A stretch of 64,000 bases of DNA, taken from a bacterium. GTDB taxonomy: Bacteria; Zhuqueibacterota; Zhuqueibacteria; Residuimicrobiales; Krinioviventaceae. The notes beneath the pieces are model-generated. The model saw only the letters and a program-made list of their open reading frames with translations. It was not told where the DNA came from and did no database searches. Positions 1 through 9,749 of this stretch are shown in pieces (within the stretch, counting starts at the first letter, position 1; each line of letters begins with the position of its first letter). Location: NCBI GenBank assembly GCA_963674595.2, contig CAXXFV010000008.1, positions 96,001 to 160,000 of the forward strand. The letters are read 5' to 3'. Made by a program: the position numbers and the translations under genes.

Positions 1-1
1 A

Positions 2-1237
2 GAAATTGCCCGGGGCAATTTTTCTCACAAGGTTAAGATAAATTCTAATGATGAAATCGGTAAACTGGCACGTTTATTTAATTACATGACAACGGAATTG
101 CGAAGATTAAATGAAATGAATCTCGCAAATATCATTGCCGAAAGAAATAAAACCCAGACAATTATCCGTAATATTGCCGACGGAGTGATCGTTACTGATC
201 ATAATGCACGTGTTTTAATAGTAAACTCGGCTGCCGAACACTGGTTCGGTCTTAATCAAAACCATGTGTTGGAGAAACCAATTTCACAGGTTGTAAATGA
301 GCCGCGATTGATTCAGCTTGTTGATGAAGCAATTGAAAAGAAAAAGTCGGTTCTCCCTAATATCGAATTGTCTATAAAAATTAAGGGAGAATGGAAGCCA
401 AGAATTTTACAGGTGATTGCTGCACGTGTATTACAGGAAGATAATACACTTATCGGAGTTGTCAGTATTCTCAGAGATGTTACCCAACAAAAAGAAATTG
501 ACAAAATGAAAACCGAACTGGTTTCCATGGTAGCGCACGAGCTTCGCTCTCCGTTAACAAGTATATCCGGTTTTAGTGAATTGTTATTGGATACGGATGT
601 TAACCAGGAACAATCGGAAGAGTATGCGGGGATTATTTTAAAAGAAGCGAATCGCTTGAGTGATTTGATTAATAAGTTTTTAGATATATCCAGAATTGAA
701 TCCGGAAGAATTCAACCTAAAAAATCTAATGTTAATTTGGTAGAAATTGTTCAAATGGTTATCGGAAATAATTCCTACCTGGCAGGTCGAAAGAGAATTG
801 AAGTTGAAGTGCACACACCGGATTCAGTTGATAAAATTTGGGCTGATAGCGGAATGATGGAACAGGTTTTAATTAATCTTTTCTCAAACGCCGTCAAATA
901 TAGTCCGCAAAAAACAAGAATTGACATTATTGTTAAAAACTTGCAAGATCATATAAGCGTTGAAGTACATGATCAGGGATTTGGAATCCCTAAAAAGTCA
1001 ATACCAAAAATATTTGATAAATTTTTCCGTGTTACCGAAGATGAGCAAGTTCGGAATGTAACGGGCACAGGTCTTGGACTTGCATTGGTTAAACAGATTG
1101 TTGACATGCATAACGGACGGATGGAAGTGGAAAGCAAAGTCGGTGTCGGTTCTGTTTTTACCCTTATCTTTCCAACGATCACCAGCAGACAGCAATCCGA
1201 ACTTGCCAGTGAAGACTCGGAAAATATTATACATTAA
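2..1237 (+). CDS. Sensor histidine kinase (HAMP-PAS-HisKA-HATPase_c), 5'-partial
   Basis: Frame is open from position 2 (EIARGNFSHKVKINSNDEIGKLARLFNYM = HAMP); PAS (IIRNIADGVIVTD); H-box VAHELRSPLTSI; N-box NLFSNAVKYS; G-boxes DQGFGI and GTGLGLA. Confidence 0.93.
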   Translation, partial: EIARGNFSHKVKINSNDEIGKLARLFNYMTTELRRLNEMNLANIIAERNKTQTIIRNIADGVIVTDHNARVLIVNSAAEHWFGLNQNHVLEKPISQVVNEPRLIQLVDEAIEKKKSVLPNIELSIKIKGEWKPRILQVIAARVLQEDNTLIGVVSILRDVTQQKEIDKMKTELVSMVAHELRSPLTSISGFSELLLDTDVNQEQSEEYAGIILKEANRLSDLINKFLDISRIESGRIQPKKSNVNLVEIVQMVIGNNSYLAGRKRIEVEVHTPDSVDKIWADSGMMEQVLINLFSNAVKYSPQKTRIDIIVKNLQDHISVEVHDQGFGIPKKSIPKIFDKFFRVTEDEQVRNVTGTGLGLALVKQIVDMHNGRMEVESKVGVGSVFTLIFPTITSRQQSELASEDSENIIH

Positions 1238-1273
1238 TTTCTATATAAATATGTGGCCTCGTTGGAGTTTGTG

Positions 1274-1906
1274 ATGTCAAAATATAAAGTTATATTAGTA
1301 GATGATAACTTGGACATGCTTTTAATCGGGCAGCGTATTTTTGAACGTGCCGATTTTCTTTTTTTCTCTGCTCATACAGCCAATGAAGGATTGAATCTTG
1401 CCCTTAAAGAACATCCCGATATCATCATTCTTGATTATATGATGCCGGATATGAGTGGAACGCAATTTATTAAAACAATTGCGACCAACTCACTTTACAA
1501 AACGCTACGAAACATACCGATTATATTGTTAACAGCAAGACCGAATTATATTGAAGATTTGGAAAACTGTTATCGAATGGGATTAAAGGCATTTCTTAAA
1601 AAGCCTTTTGGGCATCGTGAGCTTGTTAATGTTGCTGAAAATATAATTAAATTATCAAAATTTGAAAAAATACAAGAAACAGGAAATTCCCCAAAACTTT
1701 CTTCATCCGGTAAAAACGGTGATTGGCTGGAGGATATGCGTATAGCGGCGGGCACGATAACCAGTCTGTGCAAAGAACTCGCTCAAACAGACAAGGGAAA
1801 ACTTTCTGAGCAGCAGCGAATGGAAATTGAAGCAATTTATACGAGTAGCCGTCGTTTGTCAAAATTAATATTTCAAAAAAGCAGTAAAAACACTGTAACT
1901 GAATAG
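1274..1906 (+). CDS. Response regulator receiver protein with a C-terminal degenerate DHp-like helix pair
   Basis: Receiver motifs ILVDDN, IILDYMMPDMSG, LLTA, FLKKPF; ATG at 1274 follows GGAG at 1264-1267 (ORF track starts at 1253). Confidence 0.85.
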   Translation: MSKYKVILVDDNLDMLLIGQRIFERADFLFFSAHTANEGLNLALKEHPDIIILDYMMPDMSGTQFIKTIATNSLYKTLRNIPIILLTARPNYIEDLENCYRMGLKAFLKKPFGHRELVNVAENIIKLSKFEKIQETGNSPKLSSSGKNGDWLEDMRIAAGTITSLCKELAQTDKGKLSEQQRMEIEAIYTSSRRLSKLIFQKSSKNTVTE

Positions 1907-1911
1907 TTACG

Positions 1912-2865
1912 TTATTCCAATAAGAAACGCCCCTTTTCTAATATCTTTTTTCCATCTATCTCTACACTGGCTTTATATACTATCCCATCAAGATGAATAG
2001 GTACATTATTTTCTCCGCCAAATGAAACACTGTTTCCGATAGCAATGTGAATTGTCCCCAGCACCTTTTCATCTTCAAGTGAATACCCGCTGATTCGTGC
2101 CCATTGATTTGTGCCTATTCCAAATTCGGCAACCATTCTGCTCTGGGGGCCGTATTTTGTTAATTGACTTCTCAGTCTTTTCGCTGCAATATCACCTTTA
2201 ATTCGAACAGCTTTGCCTTCTTTTATTTTTAAAACCAGTGGTTCCTGTTCATCTTTGGAAACATACATGCCGCTGTCTACAACAAGATCTCCTTCAGTTG
2301 AATAATCATCGGGACAAATACATGCTTCACCTGCCGGCAAATTTGAAAAGGCTCCGGGTTTATCGAGTATACCAAAGTCGGCGTAACCTTGTCGCTTTTT
2401 AATTGAAAGTGTCAGGTCTGTTCCGCTGGGAGAAGTGATTTTTACATTTTGTGCAAATGTTAAAATTTCTTTTAGTTTATTGCTAAGGTTTGACATCCGT
2501 TTAAAGTCAATATCAGCAATTCGCAAAAAGGTCTGTTTGGTTATGTGCGGCATGCTGATAATTCGTGCCCCGTTACGACAGGCAGACCGCCTGGCATCTG
2601 TGTGTGAAATGGAAGGACTGGTTGCGGCAATTATAACGTTCATGCTTTGCATGAGTTGTGCCACTGAATCGGGCAGTTCGTTGTATAATAATACCGAGTT
2701 GAGTTCAAGAATTGATGTGTTTACGGATCGTTTCCTTGCTGCTGTAAATAAAAGACGTGCTATATCCAGTTGCGGTTCATTGGTGATAATGAGAACAGAT
2801 TCATCCTTTTTAATGTCAAGGCATTTATGAATAACTGTTTTTGCTGCTGATTCAAGTTTTGTCAT
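1912..2865 (-). CDS. Aminopeptidase, thermophilic metalloprotease (M29)-like
   Basis: Motifs NLPAGE, AEFGIGTN, EDEKVLGTIHIAIG, HLDG. Confidence 0.85.
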   Translation of the reverse strand: MTKLESAAKTVIHKCLDIKKDESVLIITNEPQLDIARLLFTAARKRSVNTSILELNSVLLYNELPDSVAQLMQSMNVIIAATSPSISHTDARRSACRNGARIISMPHITKQTFLRIADIDFKRMSNLSNKLKEILTFAQNVKITSPSGTDLTLSIKKRQGYADFGILDKPGAFSNLPAGEACICPDDYSTEGDLVVDSGMYVSKDEQEPLVLKIKEGKAVRIKGDIAAKRLRSQLTKYGPQSRMVAEFGIGTNQWARISGYSLEDEKVLGTIHIAIGNSVSFGGENNVPIHLDGIVYKASVEIDGKKILEKGRFLLE

Positions 2866-2882
2866 AGGAACGTCCTGTAAGT

Positions 2883-2921
2883 AAAAATCCTCCCGTTGAA
2901 TAAAATTACGGGAGGATTTTT
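2883..2921. terminator. Intrinsic terminator-like hairpin with T-tracts on both strands
   Basis: Perfect 14-bp inverted repeat AAAAATCCTCCCGT (2883-2896) / ACGGGAGGATTTTT (2908-2921), just downstream of the pqqD-like stop. Confidence 0.8.
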
Positions 2922-2925
2922 TATA

Positions 2926-3297
2926 TTATTGTTGGTCCGATGTCAGGGTAATGAAATTACGCTGTGCTAATAAATTTATAAACAGCCCCAGCCTTTCATA
3001 AACCGGCTCAACATCCTGGCCATAGTCTTCTTTTAAATGATTGCCAATTTGCATTACAGAATTTTTTCCGTCAATATACTGCCAAACACGAGTGCCGAAT
3101 TTGTCCAGTTTTATTTTTAAATTTGGATTTTTCATTTTTGGCACCAAGTATTTAACAAGAAATTTATTCTTGAATTTTGGAACAAGTAATGCAATGTTCT
3201 GATCTTCTAATGTTTCCCATATCACGTTTTGTGTCGGATACATTTCCAGAACATTGGCTGGTTTTACTTCATTGTTGTTTTTGTCTGTTTTGGTCAT
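2926..3297 (-). CDS. PqqD-family (RRE-like) protein
   Basis: LDKFGTRVWQYIDGKNSVMQIGNHLKEDYG...RLGLFINLLAQRNFI matches the PqqD winged-helix pattern. Confidence 0.75.
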   Translation of the reverse strand: MTKTDKNNNEVKPANVLEMYPTQNVIWETLEDQNIALLVPKFKNKFLVKYLVPKMKNPNLKIKLDKFGTRVWQYIDGKNSVMQIGNHLKEDYGQDVEPVYERLGLFINLLAQRNFITLTSDQQ

Positions 3298-3301
3298 TGT
3301 T

Positions 3302-5338
3302 CTATTTTGATTTTAATGCTTTAAGGTTTTTAAGCGGTGTTTTAATAAGCACATAGCCTAAAACTAAAAAGACAACAATGCCCAGCCACCAAAATCCTGA
3401 AAAAGAGCTTGGTATACCAATTAATGATTTTAGATCTATTTTTGAAACAACCAGACCGGCCAAAACAATTCCCATTAGCGCTTCGCCTGCAACCAGCCCG
3501 GATGCGAGTAAAAGACCTGTGTTTTCTACCGTTTCCTTGTCCTTTTCCTCGGTAATGTGTTTTTCTGCAGATTTGTCCAGCAAATATTTTATGACTCCAC
3601 CGACAAAAATTGCAAAAGTGGTGTTAAAAGGCAGGTACATTCCAACAGAGATTAACATAGGAGAAGGTGAACCGATGAGAATCAATGCAATGGCAAACAA
3701 CATGCCTGCAATAACCAGCGGCCATGCCATTTCACCACCGACAATACCTTTACTCATCATCGCCATAAGTCCGGCTTGTGGTGCCGGCAGAGCATCACTG
3801 CCGATTCCGTTTGCCTGGTGTAAAAGCATAATAGGCAGAACCAAAACCAACGAAGCTGCAATAACACCAACCATACCACCAATCTGCATTCTCCAGGGAG
3901 TTCCACCGAGAATATAACCGACTTTCCAGTCCTGCATCATGTCTCCGGCAACACCGGCTACACAGCAAACAACGGAAGCAACAGCAAGTACGGCGGCAAC
4001 ACCCGGATCACCTTTCATTCCAACCAGCACCATCAGTAAAGCTGCAATGAGGAGCGTGGAAAGCGTTAGACCGGATATTGGGTTGGAGGAACTACCGATA
4101 ATACCAACAAGGTATCCGGCAACAGCCGCGAAAATAAAGCCGGCAAATGCCATGACAACGGCTGCTAATAATGCTGAGCCCCAGTTATGGCTGAATGTCT
4201 GGTATAAAATAACCATACAGATAACAAGTACAACAATAGAAATTAAAACAAGGCCAAATGGAGCGTCTTTGTCTACCCGGCTTGTTTTAGAGCTGCCTGA
4301 ACCGGCTGCTTTAATGTCCTGAATACCTCTGGAAATGCCGCCGATGAGATTGCTGCGCATTTTAAAAAGAGTATAAAAAGCGCCGACAAGCATTCCGCCA
4401 ACTGCAATTGGTTTAACGGTTGAACTATAGGTTGCTTTTGCCATGGCAATCCAGCCCTGGGAAGCGGCAAAACCGTCAAGTTGATTGCCAAACAAAAACA
4501 TAACAATCGGCATTAAAAATAGCCAGCCAAATACACCGCCACTAAAGGTGATGGCTGCCAGTTTAAAACCTATAATATATCCTACGCCTAAAAAAGCGGG
4601 AGAAGAAGCCGGGCTTTGCAAATACATTCCACCTTTAAAGCTGAATTCTGCTTTCATCTTTTCACCGGCGTCTGTAACGGTTTCATATACCTTGCTGTCC
4701 GGATTTAATAATGATATTTTTGAAGCAGCAAACTGGAAAAAGCCGGAAACCGAATCTTTGATGATTTGGATTCCGTTGGCATTTTTTAAAAATTCAATTA
4801 ATGCGGCCAAACCCATGGAGCCGAAAACATATTTTGCACCGGACTGACCACCCTGACCTGCCTTTACGATTTCTGCACAGGCCTTGCTTTCGGGATAGGG
4901 AAGAGTTTGATCTTCAATAAGTGTTTTTCTAAGGATGATAACAAAAAGAACACCTAAAATACCACCAACAAGCATCAATAATGTGCTTTTCAGGTAATTA
5001 AAATCATCCCAAACTCCGGCCATTACAAATGCCGGGATTGTGAAAATAGCACCGGCAGCTAATGCCTCTCCAACCGCGCCGGTTGTTCTGGCAAGGTTTT
5101 CTTCCAAAATAGTTCCCTTAAAAGGCCGTAATACAGCCATTGCAATAACAGCAGCCGGAAAAGTGGCAGCAACGGTCATTCCTGCCTTCAATCCCAGATA
5201 GGCATTGGCAGCCCCTAAAATGATTGATAGAATTACACCCAGAAATAATGCTCTAAAGGTTAATTCTTTCATCGTTGTGTTAATGGGAACATAGGGTGTA
5301 AATTTTTCAGAGTTTGAGCGTCCATTGGTCTCTTGCAT
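3302..5338 (-). CDS. Oligopeptide transporter, OPT family
   Basis: ELTFRALFLG, NAYLGLKAGMT, LPYPES, GDMMQDWKVG, LPAPQAGLMA, LLASGLVAGE; many TM helices; AGGAG RBS. Confidence 0.93.
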   Translation of the reverse strand: MQETNGRSNSEKFTPYVPINTTMKELTFRALFLGVILSIILGAANAYLGLKAGMTVAATFPAAVIAMAVLRPFKGTILEENLARTTGAVGEALAAGAIFTIPAFVMAGVWDDFNYLKSTLLMLVGGILGVLFVIILRKTLIEDQTLPYPESKACAEIVKAGQGGQSGAKYVFGSMGLAALIEFLKNANGIQIIKDSVSGFFQFAASKISLLNPDSKVYETVTDAGEKMKAEFSFKGGMYLQSPASSPAFLGVGYIIGFKLAAITFSGGVFGWLFLMPIVMFLFGNQLDGFAASQGWIAMAKATYSSTVKPIAVGGMLVGAFYTLFKMRSNLIGGISRGIQDIKAAGSGSSKTSRVDKDAPFGLVLISIVVLVICMVILYQTFSHNWGSALLAAVVMAFAGFIFAAVAGYLVGIIGSSSNPISGLTLSTLLIAALLMVLVGMKGDPGVAAVLAVASVVCCVAGVAGDMMQDWKVGYILGGTPWRMQIGGMVGVIAASLVLVLPIMLLHQANGIGSDALPAPQAGLMAMMSKGIVGGEMAWPLVIAGMLFAIALILIGSPSPMLISVGMYLPFNTTFAIFVGGVIKYLLDKSAEKHITEEKDKETVENTGLLLASGLVAGEALMGIVLAGLVVSKIDLKSLIGIPSSFSGFWWLGIVVFLVLGYVLIKTPLKNLKALKSK

Positions 5339-5581
5339 TGATGAACTCCTCTAAATGTTATGAAAATATATGTTGTTTGAATTTATTTTTATTGGGAATG
5401 TGCCGCAAGATGCTTGTGGGGAAATAGTGAAGCATTTTTTTCTCATCCTATTTTTTAAGTAAAGGCAAAATAGTAAATCGTGGTTTAAAGATCAAGAGAA
5501 AAAGTAAGAACCATAAACAGAGTTTTTGGTTGTTTTTTCTGGTATTTTTGGTTATATTTTCAAAATTTGTGAGAACTTTTT

Positions 5582-6391
5582 ATGCCCTTATTTACTGATA
5601 TAAGTCTTGGTCATTATTACTCTTGTGATTCTTTTATACATAAACTTGATCCTCGGACCAAAATAATTTCTATTCTTGTTCTTATGATTGGTCTGTTGTT
5701 TTCTTTTCAGCCTGTTGTGTTAATAGGATATGGTTTATTTTTTACGTTTGTTATTTATTTGTCAAAGTTGCCCTGGAGCCTGGTTTTAAAAAATTTACGG
5801 CCATTTATATGGTTGTTTATTTTAACGTTGTTGATCCATGTTTTATGGACATCCGGTGATAAAATTATAACAATTCCATACCTGAATATTGGAATATCAC
5901 ATGAGGGATTACTGCTTGGCATTGTTTATTCGTTACGTCTGCTGCTGCTTATTATCATTGCAGCCGTTCTAACTTTAACAACGTCGCCTATTGAGCTTAC
6001 GGATGCTTTGGAAAAACTATTTTATCCGCTCAAGCGCTTTCGTATCCCAACACATGAAATTGTAATGATGCTGACACTTTCCTTACGGTTTATACCAACT
6101 TTGATGGAAGAAGCTCAGCGTATAAAAAATGCTCAAATTTCACGAGGTGTTAGTTTTGAAGGCAATATTGTGAATAGAATGAAAAATATAATTCCATTAA
6201 TTTTGCCTTTGTTTATATCTGCATTTAAACGAGCCGACGATTTGGCCCTGGCCATGGATTCCCGATGTTATACGGGCGGCAACAACAGGACGTGTTTTAA
6301 AAAACTGCAATTTGAAAAACCGGATTTTATTTCGTTCTTTATAATTATTTTGGTTTTTTGCTCTGCTCTGTTTTTTTCATCTGGAGCTTGA
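5582..6391 (+). CDS. ecfT: ECF transporter transmembrane component T
   Basis: HKLDPRTK, LTLTTSPIELTDALE, LRFIPTL, AQISRG and AMDSRCY X-Arg-X motifs. Confidence 0.92.
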   Translation: MPLFTDISLGHYYSCDSFIHKLDPRTKIISILVLMIGLLFSFQPVVLIGYGLFFTFVIYLSKLPWSLVLKNLRPFIWLFILTLLIHVLWTSGDKIITIPYLNIGISHEGLLLGIVYSLRLLLLIIIAAVLTLTTSPIELTDALEKLFYPLKRFRIPTHEIVMMLTLSLRFIPTLMEEAQRIKNAQISRGVSFEGNIVNRMKNIIPLILPLFISAFKRADDLALAMDSRCYTGGNNRTCFKKLQFEKPDFISFFIIILVFCSALFFSSGA

Positions 6392-6403
6392 TTTTATTTG
6401 ACT

Positions 6404-7174
6404 ATGCGTAATATTAAACTTGTGTTGGAATACGATGGTACCGATTTTCATGGCTGGCAGTCACAGCCGAATGTCAGAAATGTTCAGGATGAATTAGAGC
6501 GTTCTTTGTCGACCATTTCTCAGGAGGATATTCGCGTTACTGTTGCCGGCAGGACCGATACAGGAGTTCACGCATTAGGTCAGGTTGTAAATTTTAAAAC
6601 TAAAAGTCTTTTGCCTTTGGAAACCTTTCAAAGAGGCGGAAATGCTCTTTTGCCAAGAGATGTGAGGATTTTATCTGCGGAACCTGTTGAAGAAGATTTT
6701 AGTGCCCGGTTTTCTGCCCGGTTTCGGTCTTATCGGTATGTAATTTCACAGCGTCCTTCTGCTATTGACAGAAATTTTACATGGTATTTTCCCCTGCATT
6801 TGGATATTAGTGAAATGGACAATGCCTGTTCCTGCTTGTATGGAGAAAATGATTTTAAATCCTTTTGTCAGGCCGGCTCACAGGTTAATCATTATCGTTG
6901 TTTTGTGCACCATGCTTCCTGGAGCAAAACGGATGATAAAATAATTTTTAATGTTATTGCAAATCGTTTTTTGCACAATATGGTTCGTTCACTGGTGGGA
7001 ACATTGCTTGAGGTTGGTCAAAAGAAAATCAGCAGTGATGAAATGATACACATATTAAAGGCCCAAAACCGATGTGCAGCAGGACCTACTGCTCCTCCGC
7101 AGGGGCTGTTTTTGGTCCAGGTCGGTTATAATAGTTTTTCTTTATCCGAAAATTATAACAGGAATCAATCGTAA
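6404..7174 (+). CDS. truA: tRNA pseudouridine(38-40) synthase
   Basis: YDGTDFHGWQ, AGRTDTGVHA, FLHNMVR, TAPPQGLFL. Confidence 0.96.
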   Translation: MRNIKLVLEYDGTDFHGWQSQPNVRNVQDELERSLSTISQEDIRVTVAGRTDTGVHALGQVVNFKTKSLLPLETFQRGGNALLPRDVRILSAEPVEEDFSARFSARFRSYRYVISQRPSAIDRNFTWYFPLHLDISEMDNACSCLYGENDFKSFCQAGSQVNHYRCFVHHASWSKTDDKIIFNVIANRFLHNMVRSLVGTLLEVGQKKISSDEMIHILKAQNRCAAGPTAPPQGLFLVQVGYNSFSLSENYNRNQS

Positions 7175-7180
7175 TTTATT

Positions 7181-8329
7181 ATGTTTAAGATAATGAAAAG
7201 ATATATAACTATAGTATATAGTTTAGTTATTTTAGCGGTTTTTGTACCGTTGGTAAATGCTAATCCTTCTTCCGATGTTTCGCAGTCTCGTCAAAATGCT
7301 CTTACAAGAGCTATTTCCAAGGTAAGTCCTGCGGTTGTGGGCATAAATGTAACACAAGTAAAAAGATATATACGTAGTAATCCTTTTGCTGATGATCCTT
7401 TTTTTAAACATTTGTTGCCGTCTATTCCAATTGAAAAACGGGTCAAAAGTCTTGGTTCCGGTTTTATCTTTTCCAAAGAAGGATATATTTTAACAAACCA
7501 TCATGTTGTTGAAGATGCCAGTGAAATTATTGTTACAAAAACCGGCGGTAAACAGTTTGTTGCTAAAATTGTAGGTGTTGATTTTACAACGGATGTGGCA
7601 GTTTTAAAAATTGAGGGAGACGATTTTCCAATACTAAAGTTTGGTGATTCGGACCAAACAATTATTGGTGAATGGGCCATTGCGCTTGGAAATCCATTCG
7701 GTTTGTTTGATTTGTCTTCAAAGCCGACTGTTACAGTGGGTGTGATAAGCGCCAAAGATCAGGATTTTGGCCGGCAAAGTAATGATCGTATATTTCAGGA
7801 TATGCTGCAAACAGACGCTGCGATCAATGCCGGTAACAGCGGTGGTCCCCTGGTAAATTGTAACGGCGAAGTTATCGGAATTAATACCTGGATAATTTCA
7901 GGCAGTGAAACACGGTCAGCAAATATCGGTTTGGGTTTTGCCATACCCATTAATCGTGTAAAAAGAGTTTTGGATGACCTGTTAAATTACGGTCGTGTTG
8001 ATAGAAGTTTTTGGACAGGAATAAATTACGATGTAGTTAGTCCTTCTATAGCCCGTTATTTGGGAATGACATTGCCGCATGGTGTTATCATTTCGGATAT
8101 TGATCGGGGAAGCCCGGCAGAAAGAGCAGGACTTGAAATTGGTGATATAATTATTTCCATAAATGGAAATGAAATAAACGTATTTGATGATGTAAAAAAA
8201 ACTATAGATAATCTGGATTTGAAAAAAGGAGATGTTTTAAACATCCGGATTTTTCGTAACAAAAGTTACAAATACTTTAAACTAAAATTGGAAGCACACC
8301 CTGATTCAAACAAGAGGCGATATAAATGA
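7181..8329 (+). CDS. HtrA/DegP-like serine protease with one PDZ domain
   Basis: Signal peptide; GSGFIF, TNHHVV, DVAVLKI, TDAAINAGNSGGPL; C-terminal PDZ (GSPAERAGLEIGDII). Confidence 0.92.
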   Translation: MFKIMKRYITIVYSLVILAVFVPLVNANPSSDVSQSRQNALTRAISKVSPAVVGINVTQVKRYIRSNPFADDPFFKHLLPSIPIEKRVKSLGSGFIFSKEGYILTNHHVVEDASEIIVTKTGGKQFVAKIVGVDFTTDVAVLKIEGDDFPILKFGDSDQTIIGEWAIALGNPFGLFDLSSKPTVTVGVISAKDQDFGRQSNDRIFQDMLQTDAAINAGNSGGPLVNCNGEVIGINTWIISGSETRSANIGLGFAIPINRVKRVLDDLLNYGRVDRSFWTGINYDVVSPSIARYLGMTLPHGVIISDIDRGSPAERAGLEIGDIIISINGNEINVFDDVKKTIDNLDLKKGDVLNIRIFRNKSYKYFKLKLEAHPDSNKRRYK

Positions 8330-9620
8330 TAAAAAGATATACCCGTCCGGAAATGGGCGACATTTGGAGTGATGAAAATAAATATCGGAAATGGCTGGAA
8401 GTTGAAGTTGCTGTTTGTAAAGTTCAGGCCGAATTTGGCAGAATTCCCGAATCCGCTATTAAAAATATCGTTGAAAAAGCTGATTTTAATGTAGAAAAAA
8501 TAGAAGAAATTGAAGCAAGTGTCAAACACGATGTTATCGCTTTTTTAACCTGTGTTGCTGAATATGTCGGACCGGATTCCCGGTTTATTCACGCCGGCAT
8601 GACTTCATCTGATTTGCTGGATACCTCGCTGGCTCTGCAAATTAAACAGGCTGCGGCTATTCTTATTAAAGATGTTAAAAATCTTTGTGATGTTTTAAAG
8701 AAAAAGCATTGCAATATAAAGATACCATTTGTATTGGCAGAAGTCATGGTATCCATGCGGAGCCGACTTCGTTTGGGTTGAAATTTGCTTTATGGTATGA
8801 TGAAATGATGCGTAATCTGCAGCGTCTTGAAAATGCAACAGAGGCTATCCGCGTTGGTATGATTTCAGGTGCTGTTGGTACCTATGCTTTTATTGATCCG
8901 AGCGTAGAACGTAACGTCTGTGATATGCTCGGTTTAAAACCGGCCAATATTTCCACCCAGGTTATTCAGCGAGATTTACATGCCGAATTTATGTCTGCTT
9001 TGGCCCTTATCGGATGCACCATGGAAAAAATAGCTGTTGAGATTCGTCATTTACAGCGTACGGAAGTTTTGGAAGCAGAAGAACCTTTTACAAAAGGTCA
9101 AAAAGGATCGTCTGCTATGCCGCATAAACGAAATCCTATCGGCAGTGAAAATATAACCGGTCTTATTCGTTTATTACGAACCAATGCCCTGGCTGCCTAT
9201 GAAAATGTAGCGCTTTGGCACGAAAGAGACATCAGTCACTCTTCTGTTGAGCGTGTCATTTTCCCGGACAGTTGTATAATTGCTGATTATCTTTTGGCCA
9301 GACTAACACGTATATTAAGCAATCTTGTTGTTTATCCCGATAATATGATTAAAAATTTAAATTTAACAAACGGATTGATTTTTTCACAACCGGTTTTGTT
9401 AAAGTTGACGGAAAAAGGCATCACACGAGAGGATGCTTACAAATATGTCCAGGAAAATGCCATGAAATGCTGGCAGTCGGGAGTTAGTTTTAAAGAAGCA
9501 TTGCTCGCTGATGAAAGAATTATGTCAAAGTTAAACGCTAAAGATGTAGATGAATGTTTTAACGAAAAAGCAGCTCTAAAAAATGTTGATTATATAATGA
9601 AAAATGTTGGTATTCTATAA
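8326..9620 (+). CDS. purB: Adenylosuccinate lyase, split by a 1-nt deletion in the A-run at 8701-8705
   Basis: N-part (KHDVIAF, HAGMTSSD) and C-part (GRSHGIHAEP, GSSAMPHKRNP, WHERDISHSS) join as LKKKALQYKD if one A is added. Confidence 0.92.
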
Positions 9621-9749
9621 AATTTAGATTACTTTATATGGTGGGAAATAATTGCTGCATTGTGTCATTGGAATAAGAATATGCTGAGGAACATTTTGTT
9701 GCAGAGTTCCTTTCGATAAACAGAGAAATTTTGAGAAAGGAGAAGTAAA

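Noticed and set aside
2926-3297. PQQ biosynthesis or a RiPP biosynthetic cluster
   Set aside because: No pqqA/B/C/E, radical SAM or other maturase in the window
3378-4847. Long antisense ORFs opposite the OPT gene (and similar ones opposite gatA, accC, the MCPs and kinases)
   Set aside because: Shadow ORFs of well-supported genes, with no RBS or recognisable motifs
5410-5441. ATGCTT/AAGCAT hairpin with a T-tract in the OPT-ecfT intergenic region
   Set aside because: Only a 6-bp stem with a long loop and no upstream plus-strand gene to terminate; too weak to call
8326-9620. purB as a true pseudogene
   Set aside because: Both halves keep all motifs with a single homopolymer indel; three such indels in the window point to long-read error
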